Below are positions 50,389-58,708 of a stretch of DNA of 64,000 bases, piece by piece. The notes below the pieces were generated by a model. That model had not been told where the DNA came from, ran no database searches, and worked only from the letters and a program-made list of their open reading frames with translations. Made by a program: the position numbers and the translations under genes. The number at the start of each line of letters is the position of its first letter. Positions within the stretch are counted from its first letter, which is position 1. This DNA comes from a virus: the IMG/VR virus record IMGVR_UViG_3300020215_000004; one strand, written 5' to 3'.

Positions 50389-50396
50389 TCCATAGC

Positions 50397-50663
50397 ATGA
50401 GTCTGTCCCTACTCAAGTATTGCGAAGTCGCAAAGGTCACTGTCGCCGATGTGGCGCGCGAGGCGGGCCTCAATGACAAGTGGCTTTATAAGGTCGCTAA
50501 AGGGGAGAGGGGGTTCTCTCCCGAGACCGCAGCGGCGGTTGAGCTAGCAACAGGCGGCGCCGTTACGCCGTCCGACCTCAACAAGGTCCGTATGGCTTGG
50601 CTCGCGACCAAAAAAGGCAAGTCTCAAAAAAAAAGCGCCGCCCTCGCTGAGGGGGTCGCTTAA
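50397..50663 (+). CDS. Cro/YdaS-like HTH regulator
   Basis: VADVAREAGLNDKWLYKVAKGERGFSPETAAAVELATGGAVTPSDL. First gene of the rightward operon. Confidence 0.6.
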   Translation: MSLSLLKYCEVAKVTVADVAREAGLNDKWLYKVAKGERGFSPETAAAVELATGGAVTPSDLNKVRMAWLATKKGKSQKKSAALAEGVA

Positions 50664-50826
50664 TGCGCTCTGGATTTGGTCATTCGCCGCCTCCCACTAT
50701 TCCACCCGAAGAAACGTTCGGCCGCTGTTCGTTCAACGTCAAGTTACGTTCCGACAGCGTTCCGACTTATCCCCACCAGGGTCGCAATAGCACAAACGTC
50801 CTAGCCGAACGGGCAGGGGGACGCGC

Positions 50827-51147
50827 ATGAGCGACCTCCTTACCCGAGACGAGCTTCTGGAAAAGAAAGCGACTGCTCCAGCAAAAGCTTGGCGCAACTG
50901 GTGGCGCGCTCACTACGGCGGGTTGAAAGTCATTCGCGTGGATGGCGCGGTCGTGCCTGACGGCGGCGAGTTCTGCGATCCGAACAGCTATCCGTCAAAG
51001 GAAGTGGCGGAGCAGTGCGCGCTAGATTGTCTCGCTGAGATCAAGCGCGAAATGTCGCGCTGGAGTTTCGTTGCGTGGCTCTTCTGGCGCCGCGCGAAAC
51101 CACATTTCACCTACATCGGCGCGCTTCCAGAAGGGGAGCGCCCATGA
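50827..51147 (+). CDS. hypothetical protein
   Basis: 106-aa ORF preceded by a possible coupled 55-aa ORF (50663-50830). Confidence 0.4.
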   Translation: MSDLLTRDELLEKKATAPAKAWRNWWRAHYGGLKVIRVDGAVVPDGGEFCDPNSYPSKEVAEQCALDCLAEIKREMSRWSFVAWLFWRRAKPHFTYIGALPEGERP

Positions 51148-51347
51148 CGCACACCCTCACGCCGGCCGCCGAGTTTCTCATCGCCTTCCTCTTCATTCTC
51201 GGAGGAGGGCTGCTCCTTCTCGACGTTCACTTGCATGACGCTCGCGAGAAGAGAGCGAAAGAAGATCGCGAAATCGAAGAAGCCGCGCACAGAGCGGCGA
51301 TGGAGCAACCTAACAGAGGACGGCTGCACGCCGATCTGCGCGTATGA
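51144..51347 (+). CDS. small TM protein
   Basis: ATGA-coupled. AAEFLIAFLFILGGGLLLLDV. Confidence 0.4.
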   Translation: MTHTLTPAAEFLIAFLFILGGGLLLLDVHLHDAREKRAKEDREIEEAAHRAAMEQPNRGRLHADLRV

Positions 51348-51718
51348 GCGGGGAGCGCAACCGCGCCATCGTGGCCGCCTACGAGGGTGGCAGAACGATG
51401 CAGCACATTGCTGACGAGCACGGCATCACCCGGGAACGCGTGCGCCAAATCCTGTTTCGTGCCCGCGTGAAAATCCGGCCGAGTTCGCCGGAGTTCTGGC
51501 CTGCGGAATCTCGCGAGCGGTGGCGCAAAAAACTACGTGAGAACGGCAAGAAGCGCGCTGGCAAGATTGGACCGCAACAAGCGCGCGCGGTGGAGATGGT
51601 GCGCCGAGGCTCGACTTTCAGCGAGGCCGCCAAGGCGTGCGGACTCACGCGAAATGCCGTGGCTGGCGCGTGTCATCGGCAGCGCGTGAAGGCGGGCGTC
51701 GAAACAAAATCTGCATGA
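51344..51718 (+). CDS. two-HTH regulator (sigma-70 region-4-like plus GcrA-N-like)
   Basis: MQHIADEHGITRERVRQILFRA, and FSEAAKACGLTRNAVAGACHRQRV (compare GcrA SRNAVIGKVSRLGL). Confidence 0.5.
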   Translation: MSGERNRAIVAAYEGGRTMQHIADEHGITRERVRQILFRARVKIRPSSPEFWPAESRERWRKKLRENGKKRAGKIGPQQARAVEMVRRGSTFSEAAKACGLTRNAVAGACHRQRVKAGVETKSA

Positions 51719-51773
51719 GGTGGCGGGCGCGCGCGGGAATGATGGGGCGGACTCCGCAAAGGAGCTGGGAGCT

Positions 51774-51965
51774 ATGAGTGCAACACTAGGCTACGTGCTG
51801 GCGGCGCTTGCCGCTGGCCTAGCGATCGGATTCTACCGCGAGTTCACGCAAGCGCGTGAGCAGGTGGCGTGGCTGCGCCGCCAACTTGCGCACGCGACGA
51901 ACTCTCCCGCTCCAGCCGAGCCGGCCACGAAGCCGCGCGCGCTGTTTCCAGCGGGGCAGTTCTGA
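51774..51965 (+). CDS. small TM protein
   Basis: GGAG SD. LGYVLAALAAGLAIGFY. Confidence 0.35.
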   Translation: MSATLGYVLAALAAGLAIGFYREFTQAREQVAWLRRQLAHATNSPAPAEPATKPRALFPAGQF

Positions 51966-52273
51966 TGGCGGACCTCCTGAACGTAGCGCTTCGCAGCATC
52001 ACTGCGCTGCCAGCCTATACGACAACACGCGGCCTGGCCTTGCTGTTGGTTCTGGAACGCAGCCAAGCGCCGATGCAAACCCGCGACCTCGCCAAAGCTC
52101 TAGGCGTATCCAAGCCCTGCATCACGCGCGCTACCAATTCGCTGAAGCGCGCAGGGCTCGTCATCAAGTGCCGCCGCGACAGTGATCTGCGCGATCACCT
52201 CGTCCTCCTCACTGAAAAGGGCAGGACCGCAATGCGCGCTGTTCTCGCGCCGGAACTGGCGGTGGCCGCATGA
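51965..52273 (+). CDS. MarR-like winged-helix regulator
   Basis: MQTRDLAKALGVSKPCITRATNSLKRAGLVIKCRRDSDLRDHLVLLTEKG. Confidence 0.5.
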   Translation: MADLLNVALRSITALPAYTTTRGLALLLVLERSQAPMQTRDLAKALGVSKPCITRATNSLKRAGLVIKCRRDSDLRDHLVLLTEKGRTAMRAVLAPELAVAA

Positions 52274-52596
52274 GCATCTTCGAACTCTTCAACGCTCCGA
52301 TCTTTGGAGAGCGAACGCAGGAAGCGCCTCCGGCGCCAGTGCGCGACGTTCGCCCAGCGGGCGAGCAGAGCCCTGTCGTGTACGCGCTCGAGGCTCAGCG
52401 TTCGCTTCTGCGCGCTGGCTTCACAGAGGGCCAAGCCTTCGCCGGCGCGCTTCAGGTGCTCGCTGACGAGCGACCGTTGATCCGAAACATCGGTGAAGAC
52501 GGAAAGCCAACGGGCAGGGCGCGCAAGCTCTCGCAGAAACGCTCGCGCTGCCTTCGCGCGCTCGCCGCTCAAATCGCCTTGGAGGACTACGCTTGA
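52270..52596 (+). CDS. hypothetical protein
   Basis: 108 aa, ATGA-coupled on both sides, directly upstream of the AAA+ gene. Confidence 0.4.
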   Translation: MSIFELFNAPIFGERTQEAPPAPVRDVRPAGEQSPVVYALEAQRSLLRAGFTEGQAFAGALQVLADERPLIRNIGEDGKPTGRARKLSQKRSRCLRALAAQIALEDYA

Positions 52597-53576
52597 TGTT
52601 TGGAGGGAGCAACAGCCTCGCGGAATGCGCGCCAGCGCCAACGCAAACAGAAGGTTCGGGCGGCGCTACATTCGTGCCAAAGCGCTACGCACACAGCGAT
52701 GGCGTCTATTGGGGTTCGCCTGAAACATGCGACGCGCTTGAGCCCGGATTCTATGAGCCCGGCGTGGTGCCCAATCTGGGTCCGTTTCTGCGCCGCCTCC
52801 AGATGAAGACCGACAACCTGCTGCGGTTGCCGGACCCCATCTGCGACATGCTGCTCAGCGAGTTCGTGCTGTTCTGGACGCGCGCGCCGGAGATGGCAAA
52901 GCGGGGCCTTAGCGTGAAGCGCGGCCTCATGCTCTACGGCCCGCCTGGCTCCGGCAAGACAAGCGCGGTTCAACTCATGTCGCACCACATGATCCGCGAG
53001 ATGCGTGGCGTCGTGGTGCTTGTGAACCATCCGCACTCAACGGCGGCGGCGCTTCAACTAGTGCGCCGACTTGAGCCGGATCGCCCGATCATCCTCCTCT
53101 ATGAAGACATCGACGCGATGGTGGACATGCACGGGGAGGCGGGCTTACTCGCGCTGCTCGACGGCGAACTGCAAGTAGGCAACGTCGTCAATGTCGCCAC
53201 CACGAATTACCCGGAGCGCCTTGATCCCCGCTTTACGGATCGGCCCGGACGCTTCGACCGCATCACGCTCGTTGGCATGCCGGAAGCGCCAGCCCGTGCA
53301 GCGTACTTTGCCGCCAAGGCGCCGGACGTTCCTGAGCCTCGTCGCGAGCGATGGGTGATTGCAAGCGATGGCTGGTCTATCGCGCACCTACGCGAACTGA
53401 TCGTCGCCCACCTCGTGCTGGGCGAAGAGGACGAGTCCGTCATTGAACGCCTCACGGGCATGCGCGAGCAGCTTCCCAAGAGCGCCGACGCAAACTCGGG
53501 CAGCTTCGGGTTTCACAATGAAGCGCGTCAGCTTCGCGCGGCGCGCGGCGTTTCCGCAGGACGTGGGAGGTACTGA
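52593..53576 (+). CDS. AAA+ ATPase (classic AAA clade)
   Basis: Walker A GPPGSGKT, Walker B IILLYEDID, second region of homology ATTNYPERLDPRFTDRPGRFDR. Confidence 0.8.
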   Translation: MMFGGSNSLAECAPAPTQTEGSGGATFVPKRYAHSDGVYWGSPETCDALEPGFYEPGVVPNLGPFLRRLQMKTDNLLRLPDPICDMLLSEFVLFWTRAPEMAKRGLSVKRGLMLYGPPGSGKTSAVQLMSHHMIREMRGVVVLVNHPHSTAAALQLVRRLEPDRPIILLYEDIDAMVDMHGEAGLLALLDGELQVGNVVNVATTNYPERLDPRFTDRPGRFDRITLVGMPEAPARAAYFAAKAPDVPEPRRERWVIASDGWSIAHLRELIVAHLVLGEEDESVIERLTGMREQLPKSADANSGSFGFHNEARQLRAARGVSAGRGRY

Positions 53577-53809
53577 TGACCGTTCTCGACCACTCGCTTG
53601 ACGACGACGCCAAGGCGATTTTGGCTCACCGCGAAACGGACGCGCACGTCAAGCGCCTGCGCATCACCAACGGTTGGACGCGCCAGCAGGTGTTTGAGCA
53701 CATGGCGTCCTACATGGAGAACGACGAGGAAGCGCCTCTAACGCCCGTCGCTCCCATCAAGTTCAAGAAACCACGCAAGCGCTCCCGCGCTCTGGAGGCT
53801 CATGCATGA
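53576..53809 (+). CDS. hypothetical protein
   Basis: 77 aa, coupled. Confidence 0.4.
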   Translation: MTVLDHSLDDDAKAILAHRETDAHVKRLRITNGWTRQQVFEHMASYMENDEEAPLTPVAPIKFKKPRKRSRALEAHA

Positions 53810-54186
53810 GCGATCCCGTCAATCACCCCGCGCATTACCAGCGGCCGGACGGCATGGAGTGCATCGAGCTCGCCGAACTCCTCCCGTTCTGCGAGGGCAA
53901 CGCCATAAAATATCTATGGAGGGCAGGGCAGAAGGGCTCGCTCCTCGAGGATCTGCAAAAGGCCCTCTGGTACGCCAAGCGCGCCTCCGATCGCGCTTGG
54001 TGGTGGCCGCGGCGCACAGGCCACGTCTACGTCGTCGAGCGCGCCTGCATGGGCTTTGACTCCCAGCTCGTCAGAGACGCTATCCGCGCGCTCGCCAACG
54101 GCAACGCTGAAGCCTCAATCGCTTCCATTCAAACGCTGATCGATGTCGCCGCGATGAAAGCGGCGAACAGGGAGGAAGCCGCATAG
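53806..54186 (+). CDS. DUF3310-like phage protein
   Basis: NHPAHYQ...MECIE...GNAIKYLWRAGQKG signature. Confidence 0.6.
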   Translation: MSDPVNHPAHYQRPDGMECIELAELLPFCEGNAIKYLWRAGQKGSLLEDLQKALWYAKRASDRAWWWPRRTGHVYVVERACMGFDSQLVRDAIRALANGNAEASIASIQTLIDVAAMKAANREEAA

Positions 54187-54286
54187 CCCGCAAAAGCAAG
54201 AGCGCGCCGGCTGTCCTGACCGGCGCGCTCGAACTGCTTCCGCAATCGAAAAGACGACCCCATGCCACTGAGGAAAGCCACTTCCG

Positions 54287-55297
54287 ATGAGCCCTTATAT
54301 AGCTGCTTCGCGCGACCTTGACAACAACGTATGGTGTACAGGGCAAGAACGCCCCGACGTTGCACATGAAACCGCGCTGAACACGCCGTTTTCTGAAGCC
54401 CGCACACACGAAAACGCGGGCGATGCTGAGGCAATGTCCTCACCAGAAAACGAGCCGCACGCCGCGTTCCAAACAAGCGCGGAGTGTGGGCGAATGCTCT
54501 GCATCCCTGTCCAGTATTGCCGTGGCAAGTCCGGCCTTTCGCGCGTCGAACTCGCGCTGCTCGCTTACATCATGGAGCACCCGGTAGAGCAGGCGCCGCG
54601 CTCCGTCATCGCTGATGAGTGCGGCTGCGCCGCGAACTCCATCCCGCGCGCCGCCAAGAAGCTCGAGGCTATCGGCCTTATCAAGCGCGCAAAGGGCGGC
54701 GGGACCCGTAACACGACCTACGAGTTGACCCGTAACCTGCATGTTGCGCGCAACATGGAAGTTACGACGGCCGACACCTCTACGTTACGGGCCGCCAATA
54801 GCGATGCGCAGACCGAAACGACCACAAGGGATATGGTCGTAACTCAGGTTACGGGGGGCCGTAACATCGCCCCCCCAGACCCCCCTATAAGAACTACCTC
54901 TACCTCAGAGACTCTTCCTGAAACAGAAGAGGATGTTTCTACAGGGGGTGTGGGGGAGTTCGCGCTTGAGTCGGACGAGCCGAAGCGCAAGCAGCGTCGC
55001 AAGGCAACCGAGCGGTCCATGCCGAAGAAGCCAACCCCGGCGATGCTTAAGCACGCCGCCGAAAAGGGGTTCGTCAACGGCACCGCCCAGCAAATGTTCG
55101 ATGAGTGGCGCGACTGGCACATCGCTAGGGCCACGGAGATCGCATGTCACGAAGCGAGCTGGCGCACTTGGGTTGGCAAGCGCGTGAAGTGGCGCGGCGA
55201 AGCAGCAGCGAAGAAGTCAGGCTACATCAAACGCACGCGGTCTGATGGCAGCGTCTACTACGACCGCGACCATCGCCAAAACCACTATCGGGCGTGA
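54287..55297 (+). CDS. replication initiator-like protein (wHTH N-domain; iterons in the linker)
   Basis: LSRVELALLAYIMEH...IPRAAKKLEAIGLIKR (wHTH). Contains the CCGTAAC iteron cluster and an AT-richer stretch. Precedes the primase-helicase. Start uncertain. Confidence 0.5.
   Translation: MSPYIAASRDLDNNVWCTGQERPDVAHETALNTPFSEARTHENAGDAEAMSSPENEPHAAFQTSAECGRMLCIPVQYCRGKSGLSRVELALLAYIMEHPVEQAPRSVIADECGCAANSIPRAAKKLEAIGLIKRAKGGGTRNTTYELTRNLHVARNMEVTTADTSTLRAANSDAQTETTTRDMVVTQVTGGRNIAPPDPPIRTTSTSETLPETEEDVSTGGVGEFALESDEPKRKQRRKATERSMPKKPTPAMLKHAAEKGFVNGTAQQMFDEWRDWHIARATEIACHEASWRTWVGKRVKWRGEAAAKKSGYIKRTRSDGSVYYDRDHRQNHYRA
54704..54865. repeat. putative origin iterons CCGTAAC / GTTACGG
   Basis: CCGTAAC at 54706, 54730 and 54859. 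GTTACGG at 54784 and 54848. Partial copies at 54761 and 54838. A visibly AT-richer segment follows at about 54880-54950. Confidence 0.55.
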
Positions 55298-55312
55298 GGG
55301 GAGACATGCGTC

Positions 55313-55654
55313 ATGCAAACCCTCTCGCAGGCTGGAATCCGCCTTCGCGGACACGGACAGTCGTGGAAGCAAACCTGTCCGCAGTGCAGCGCGAACCGCA
55401 AGAACAAGCGCGAGCCGTGCTTGAGTGTGACGGCTGGACCGAACACCACGTCGCGCGGACACATCCCGTACAACGTCGCAGTCTGGCATTGCCACAACTG
55501 CGGCTGGTCGGGGATCGCCGATGAGCGCTCTTCCGAAGAACAGCAACGCCAGCCTGTCGGCGAACGCTTGCGCTTTCCTCCAAGCGCGTGGGCTCGATCC
55601 GGAGCTGTGCGAAAGGCTCGGCCTCGCAAGCGGCCGGCGTCGCGATGGCAATGA
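55313..55654 (+). CDS. primase zinc-binding domain ORF (out of frame with the primase-helicase)
   Basis: CPQC-x31-CHNCGWSG zinc ribbon, good SD. The frame then decays to Arg-rich sequence while overlapping 55521-57134. Confidence 0.5.
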   Translation: MQTLSQAGIRLRGHGQSWKQTCPQCSANRKNKREPCLSVTAGPNTTSRGHIPYNVAVWHCHNCGWSGIADERSSEEQQRQPVGERLRFPPSAWARSGAVRKARPRKRPASRWQ

Positions 55655-57134
55655 GTGGCTGCTGATCCCGTATGAGCGGGACGGCGTTCACCTCGTGCAC
55701 AAACTGCGCCGCATCGACGAGAAGCGCTTCGACCAACATCCGAGCGGCGCCGAGCAAATCTTCTGGCGGCGCGATTGCATCGCCGACGCTGGCCTTGCCT
55801 CGCAGCCGCTCATCATCACCGAAGGCGAGTTCGATACGATCGCCGCTATCCAGGCTGGCTATTGGCGTTCAACCAGCGTGCCCGGAGGCGCCCCGCCAGC
55901 GGCGTCTGAGAACCCAGAGGACGCACGCAACAGTCCGCGCTTCTACTGCCTGCGCGAAGCGTGGCAGGCGCTTGAGTGTGTGCGTGAGATCGTCCTAGCG
56001 GTGGATGCCGACGCCAAGGGCATCGCGCTCCGCACTGACCTAACAGCGCTGCTTGGCCCGTCGCGCTGCAAGTTCGTCACGTACCCCGATGGCTGCAAGG
56101 ATCTGAACGATGTCCTACGCGAACACGGCGAGGACAAGGTTCGCGAGGTCATCGACGGCGCGCGCTGGGTGAATGTCGCCGGCGTCTACAACATCGATGA
56201 ACTGCCGCCCGTGCCAGCGCTGACGGTGTGGCGTCCGCAAATCTTTGAGCCGGTCGATCGGCTACTGGCGATCTGTCCCGGCCATGTAAGCGTTTGGACC
56301 GGCCTTGCCGGCGACGGCAAGTCAACGGCCGTGAACGCAGCCATGTGGACGCTTGCCGAGCGCTACAATCTGCGCATCTGCGCAGCGCCGTTCGAGTCCA
56401 CGCCGCAGCGGGAGTACATGGAAGACCTCGCGGCGTTTCAGCCCTGGGTGAAAGAGGGGAGACCGCGTAACCCGGTTACGTTCGAGGACATGACGCGGGC
56501 CACGCAATGGGCGCGCGACCATGTGACGTTCCTCTATGCTGATGGCTTTGCCGAACCCGGCAAGGGCGAACTGATCGACGCGACGGTGGATTGGTTCATT
56601 CAGGCGGCGCAGACCGCCATCGTGCGCTTCGGCTGCCGTCTGATCGTGCTCGACCCCTGGAGCCAGATCGACCACGACATGGACCGCAGCGAGCGTGAGG
56701 ATCAGTACGTTCGCCGCACGCTGAAGCGCTTCAAGATTCTCGCGCGCACCTTCGACGTGCATGTGGCGATCGTCGCGCACCCAGCCAAGCCAAAGCGCAA
56801 CAATGACGGCACGTATCCAATCCCCGAGGGCTACGACATCTCCGGCGCCTCGCACTGGAAGAACGCGCCTGACCTTGGCGTCACTGTCTATCGCGACCCG
56901 CCGCTCATCGAAGACCCCGAGAACGAGGGTGAGATGATCCCGGACCCCAACTCGCCGCGCGTCTTAGTGAAGGTCTGGAAGGTCAAGTTTCACCGCACCA
57001 TGAACCGCACCGGCGAAGCCTACGCGGCGCTCGATTTCCGCACCGGGCGCTACCACTCGCCCGAGCATTGGGAAGCGCGCACCCGCACACGCAAGGCGGC
57101 CGACCCGCAGCAAGGTCTCTACCATGACGACTGA
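55521..57134 (+). CDS. TOPRIM primase - DnaB/RecA-type helicase (T7 gp4-like)
   Basis: LIITEGEFDTIAA and LAVDADAKG (TOPRIM). GLAGDGKST (Walker A). LIVLDPWSQI (Walker B). Confidence 0.75.
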   Translation: MSALPKNSNASLSANACAFLQARGLDPELCERLGLASGRRRDGNEWLLIPYERDGVHLVHKLRRIDEKRFDQHPSGAEQIFWRRDCIADAGLASQPLIITEGEFDTIAAIQAGYWRSTSVPGGAPPAASENPEDARNSPRFYCLREAWQALECVREIVLAVDADAKGIALRTDLTALLGPSRCKFVTYPDGCKDLNDVLREHGEDKVREVIDGARWVNVAGVYNIDELPPVPALTVWRPQIFEPVDRLLAICPGHVSVWTGLAGDGKSTAVNAAMWTLAERYNLRICAAPFESTPQREYMEDLAAFQPWVKEGRPRNPVTFEDMTRATQWARDHVTFLYADGFAEPGKGELIDATVDWFIQAAQTAIVRFGCRLIVLDPWSQIDHDMDRSEREDQYVRRTLKRFKILARTFDVHVAIVAHPAKPKRNNDGTYPIPEGYDISGASHWKNAPDLGVTVYRDPPLIEDPENEGEMIPDPNSPRVLVKVWKVKFHRTMNRTGEAYAALDFRTGRYHSPEHWEARTRTRKAADPQQGLYHDD

Positions 57135-57672
57135 AGACTATCGTATCCGCGATATCCTGCGCCGCCAGACACGCGCGCACCTGGTGGAGATCGTGCGCCG
57201 GCGCGAGAGCGCCTATTATGAACTGGCGGAGAAGTGCGAGAGCCCGCAAGAACGGCTGCTGCTCGCGCCGCTTATGTTCATCCGCCCGCGCTGTCTGGCG
57301 CCCAGGTACGAAGGCCCCCTGGATTTGCCGCAAGAGGCGCGGCTCTACGTGCAGCATCCTATCGCCAAGTACCGCGCCGACTTCGCCTACATTTTCAAGC
57401 CGCACCGCCAGACGTTCCAGATCAAGCTGGCGATCGAAGTCGATGGCCACGAGTTTCATTCCTCCAAGGAAGACCGCGCCGATGATGCAGCGCGGGATCG
57501 CGAACTGGCAGGCGAGGGATTCCAGGTCATTCGCTTCACTGGCTCGCAAGTCCACCAGAACCCCGAGGGGTGCGCCGAGCAAGTGGAAGATACCGTTGAC
57601 CGCATGTTCCAGAAGCGCGTGTTCGACGCCGTTCACGCCAACCACAACAGCGACGATGAGGACGCAGCATGA
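57124..57672 (+). CDS. DUF559/Vsr-like endonuclease-fold protein
   Basis: YRADFAY...LAIEVDGHEFHSSKEDRADDAARDRELAGEGFQVIRFTGSQV. Confidence 0.6.
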   Translation: MTTEDYRIRDILRRQTRAHLVEIVRRRESAYYELAEKCESPQERLLLAPLMFIRPRCLAPRYEGPLDLPQEARLYVQHPIAKYRADFAYIFKPHRQTFQIKLAIEVDGHEFHSSKEDRADDAARDRELAGEGFQVIRFTGSQVHQNPEGCAEQVEDTVDRMFQKRVFDAVHANHNSDDEDAA

Positions 57673-58130
57673 GCGCACAGGACTGGACTGAGGAGCGCGT
57701 CAACCTGCTCAAGGTGCTTTGGGCGCAGGGCGTGAGTTGCTCGCACATTGCGAAGCGGATCGGCGCCGGCTTTAGCCGTAACGCCGTCATCGGCAAGGTG
57801 TCGCGCCTGGGTCTGACGCCGCGGGCGAAGTCCACGCGCGCCGTCCGCACCGGAAAGGCTCACGCTGTCTGGCTCGGCAAGAAATCCACCAAGCCCAAGC
57901 CCCGCCTTTCCTACGACGGAGCAAAGCCAAAGGGAGCTTTGCGCGGACCTCAGAACGTGAAGTTCATCGCGAGAGATTCAAACCAATGCCCCATGTTCTG
58001 TGAAGGGGAAGAGGGGCCGGATGGGTTGGTGTGCGGGCTGCCTGTCCAAGATGGAAACTGGTGCGAGTTTTGTTCGCGCATTGTCTACCAGCCTGCGGCG
58101 CAGCAGCTACGCGCGAGGAAGGCGGCGTGA
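57669..58130 (+). CDS. gcrA: GcrA-like cell-cycle regulator homologue
   Basis: WTEERVNLLKVLWAQGVSCSHIAKRIGAGFSRNAVIGKVSRLGL, and C-terminal Cys-rich CPMFCEG...CGLPV..GNWCEFCSRIVYQP. Confidence 0.7.
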   Translation: MSAQDWTEERVNLLKVLWAQGVSCSHIAKRIGAGFSRNAVIGKVSRLGLTPRAKSTRAVRTGKAHAVWLGKKSTKPKPRLSYDGAKPKGALRGPQNVKFIARDSNQCPMFCEGEEGPDGLVCGLPVQDGNWCEFCSRIVYQPAAQQLRARKAA

Positions 58131-58708
58131 GCGTAGCGCTGCCATCTGGACCGTTCGGCTGCATCCTTGCCGATCCGCCGTGGGCGTTCCGCACGTACAG
58201 CGGCAAGGACTCAACGCCACATCGCGGCGCGCACGACCACTACGTTACCACGAAAACCGAAGACCTCGCCACCATTCCTGTCGCGAGTGCTGCCGCCGAC
58301 GATGCGGCGCTGTTCATGTGGGTTGTCGACTCGCATCTTGAGGAAGCACTCGCGCTTGGCAAAGCGTGGGGCTTTGAGTTCAAGACATGCGCGTTCGTTT
58401 GGGTGAAGTCGAAGGCGGGCGGCTGGCCGCATGTCGGCATGGGCTACTGGACACGAAAGCAAACGGAACAGTGCTGGCTGTTCACCAGAGGCGCGCCCAA
58501 GCGCGTCAGCAAGGGCGTGGAGCAAATCATCCATTGCCCACGCGGCGCGCATAGCGCCAAGCCGGAGCAGCAATACGGGCTGATTGAGCGGCTAGTCGGC
58601 GGGCCATACCTTGAGATGTTTGCGCGCACCACCAAGCGCGGCTGGACGGCATGGGGCAATCAGGTTGGCGTGCGCGACGATTCCCTCTTTGCAGAGGACG
58701 CCGCCTAA
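58127..58708 (+). CDS. MT-A70 family DNA N6-adenine methyltransferase
   Basis: ILADPPWAF (DPPW motif). GTGA overlap with the gcrA-like stop. Confidence 0.75.
   Translation: MSVALPSGPFGCILADPPWAFRTYSGKDSTPHRGAHDHYVTTKTEDLATIPVASAAADDAALFMWVVDSHLEEALALGKAWGFEFKTCAFVWVKSKAGGWPHVGMGYWTRKQTEQCWLFTRGAPKRVSKGVEQIIHCPRGAHSAKPEQQYGLIERLVGGPYLEMFARTTKRGWTAWGNQVGVRDDSLFAEDAA

Noticed and set aside
49943-50663. XRE / YdaS-like pair as a toxin-antitoxin module
   Set aside because: The genes are divergent, separated by operator palindromes, and each heads a long operon. This is a CI/Cro-type switch, not a TA pair.
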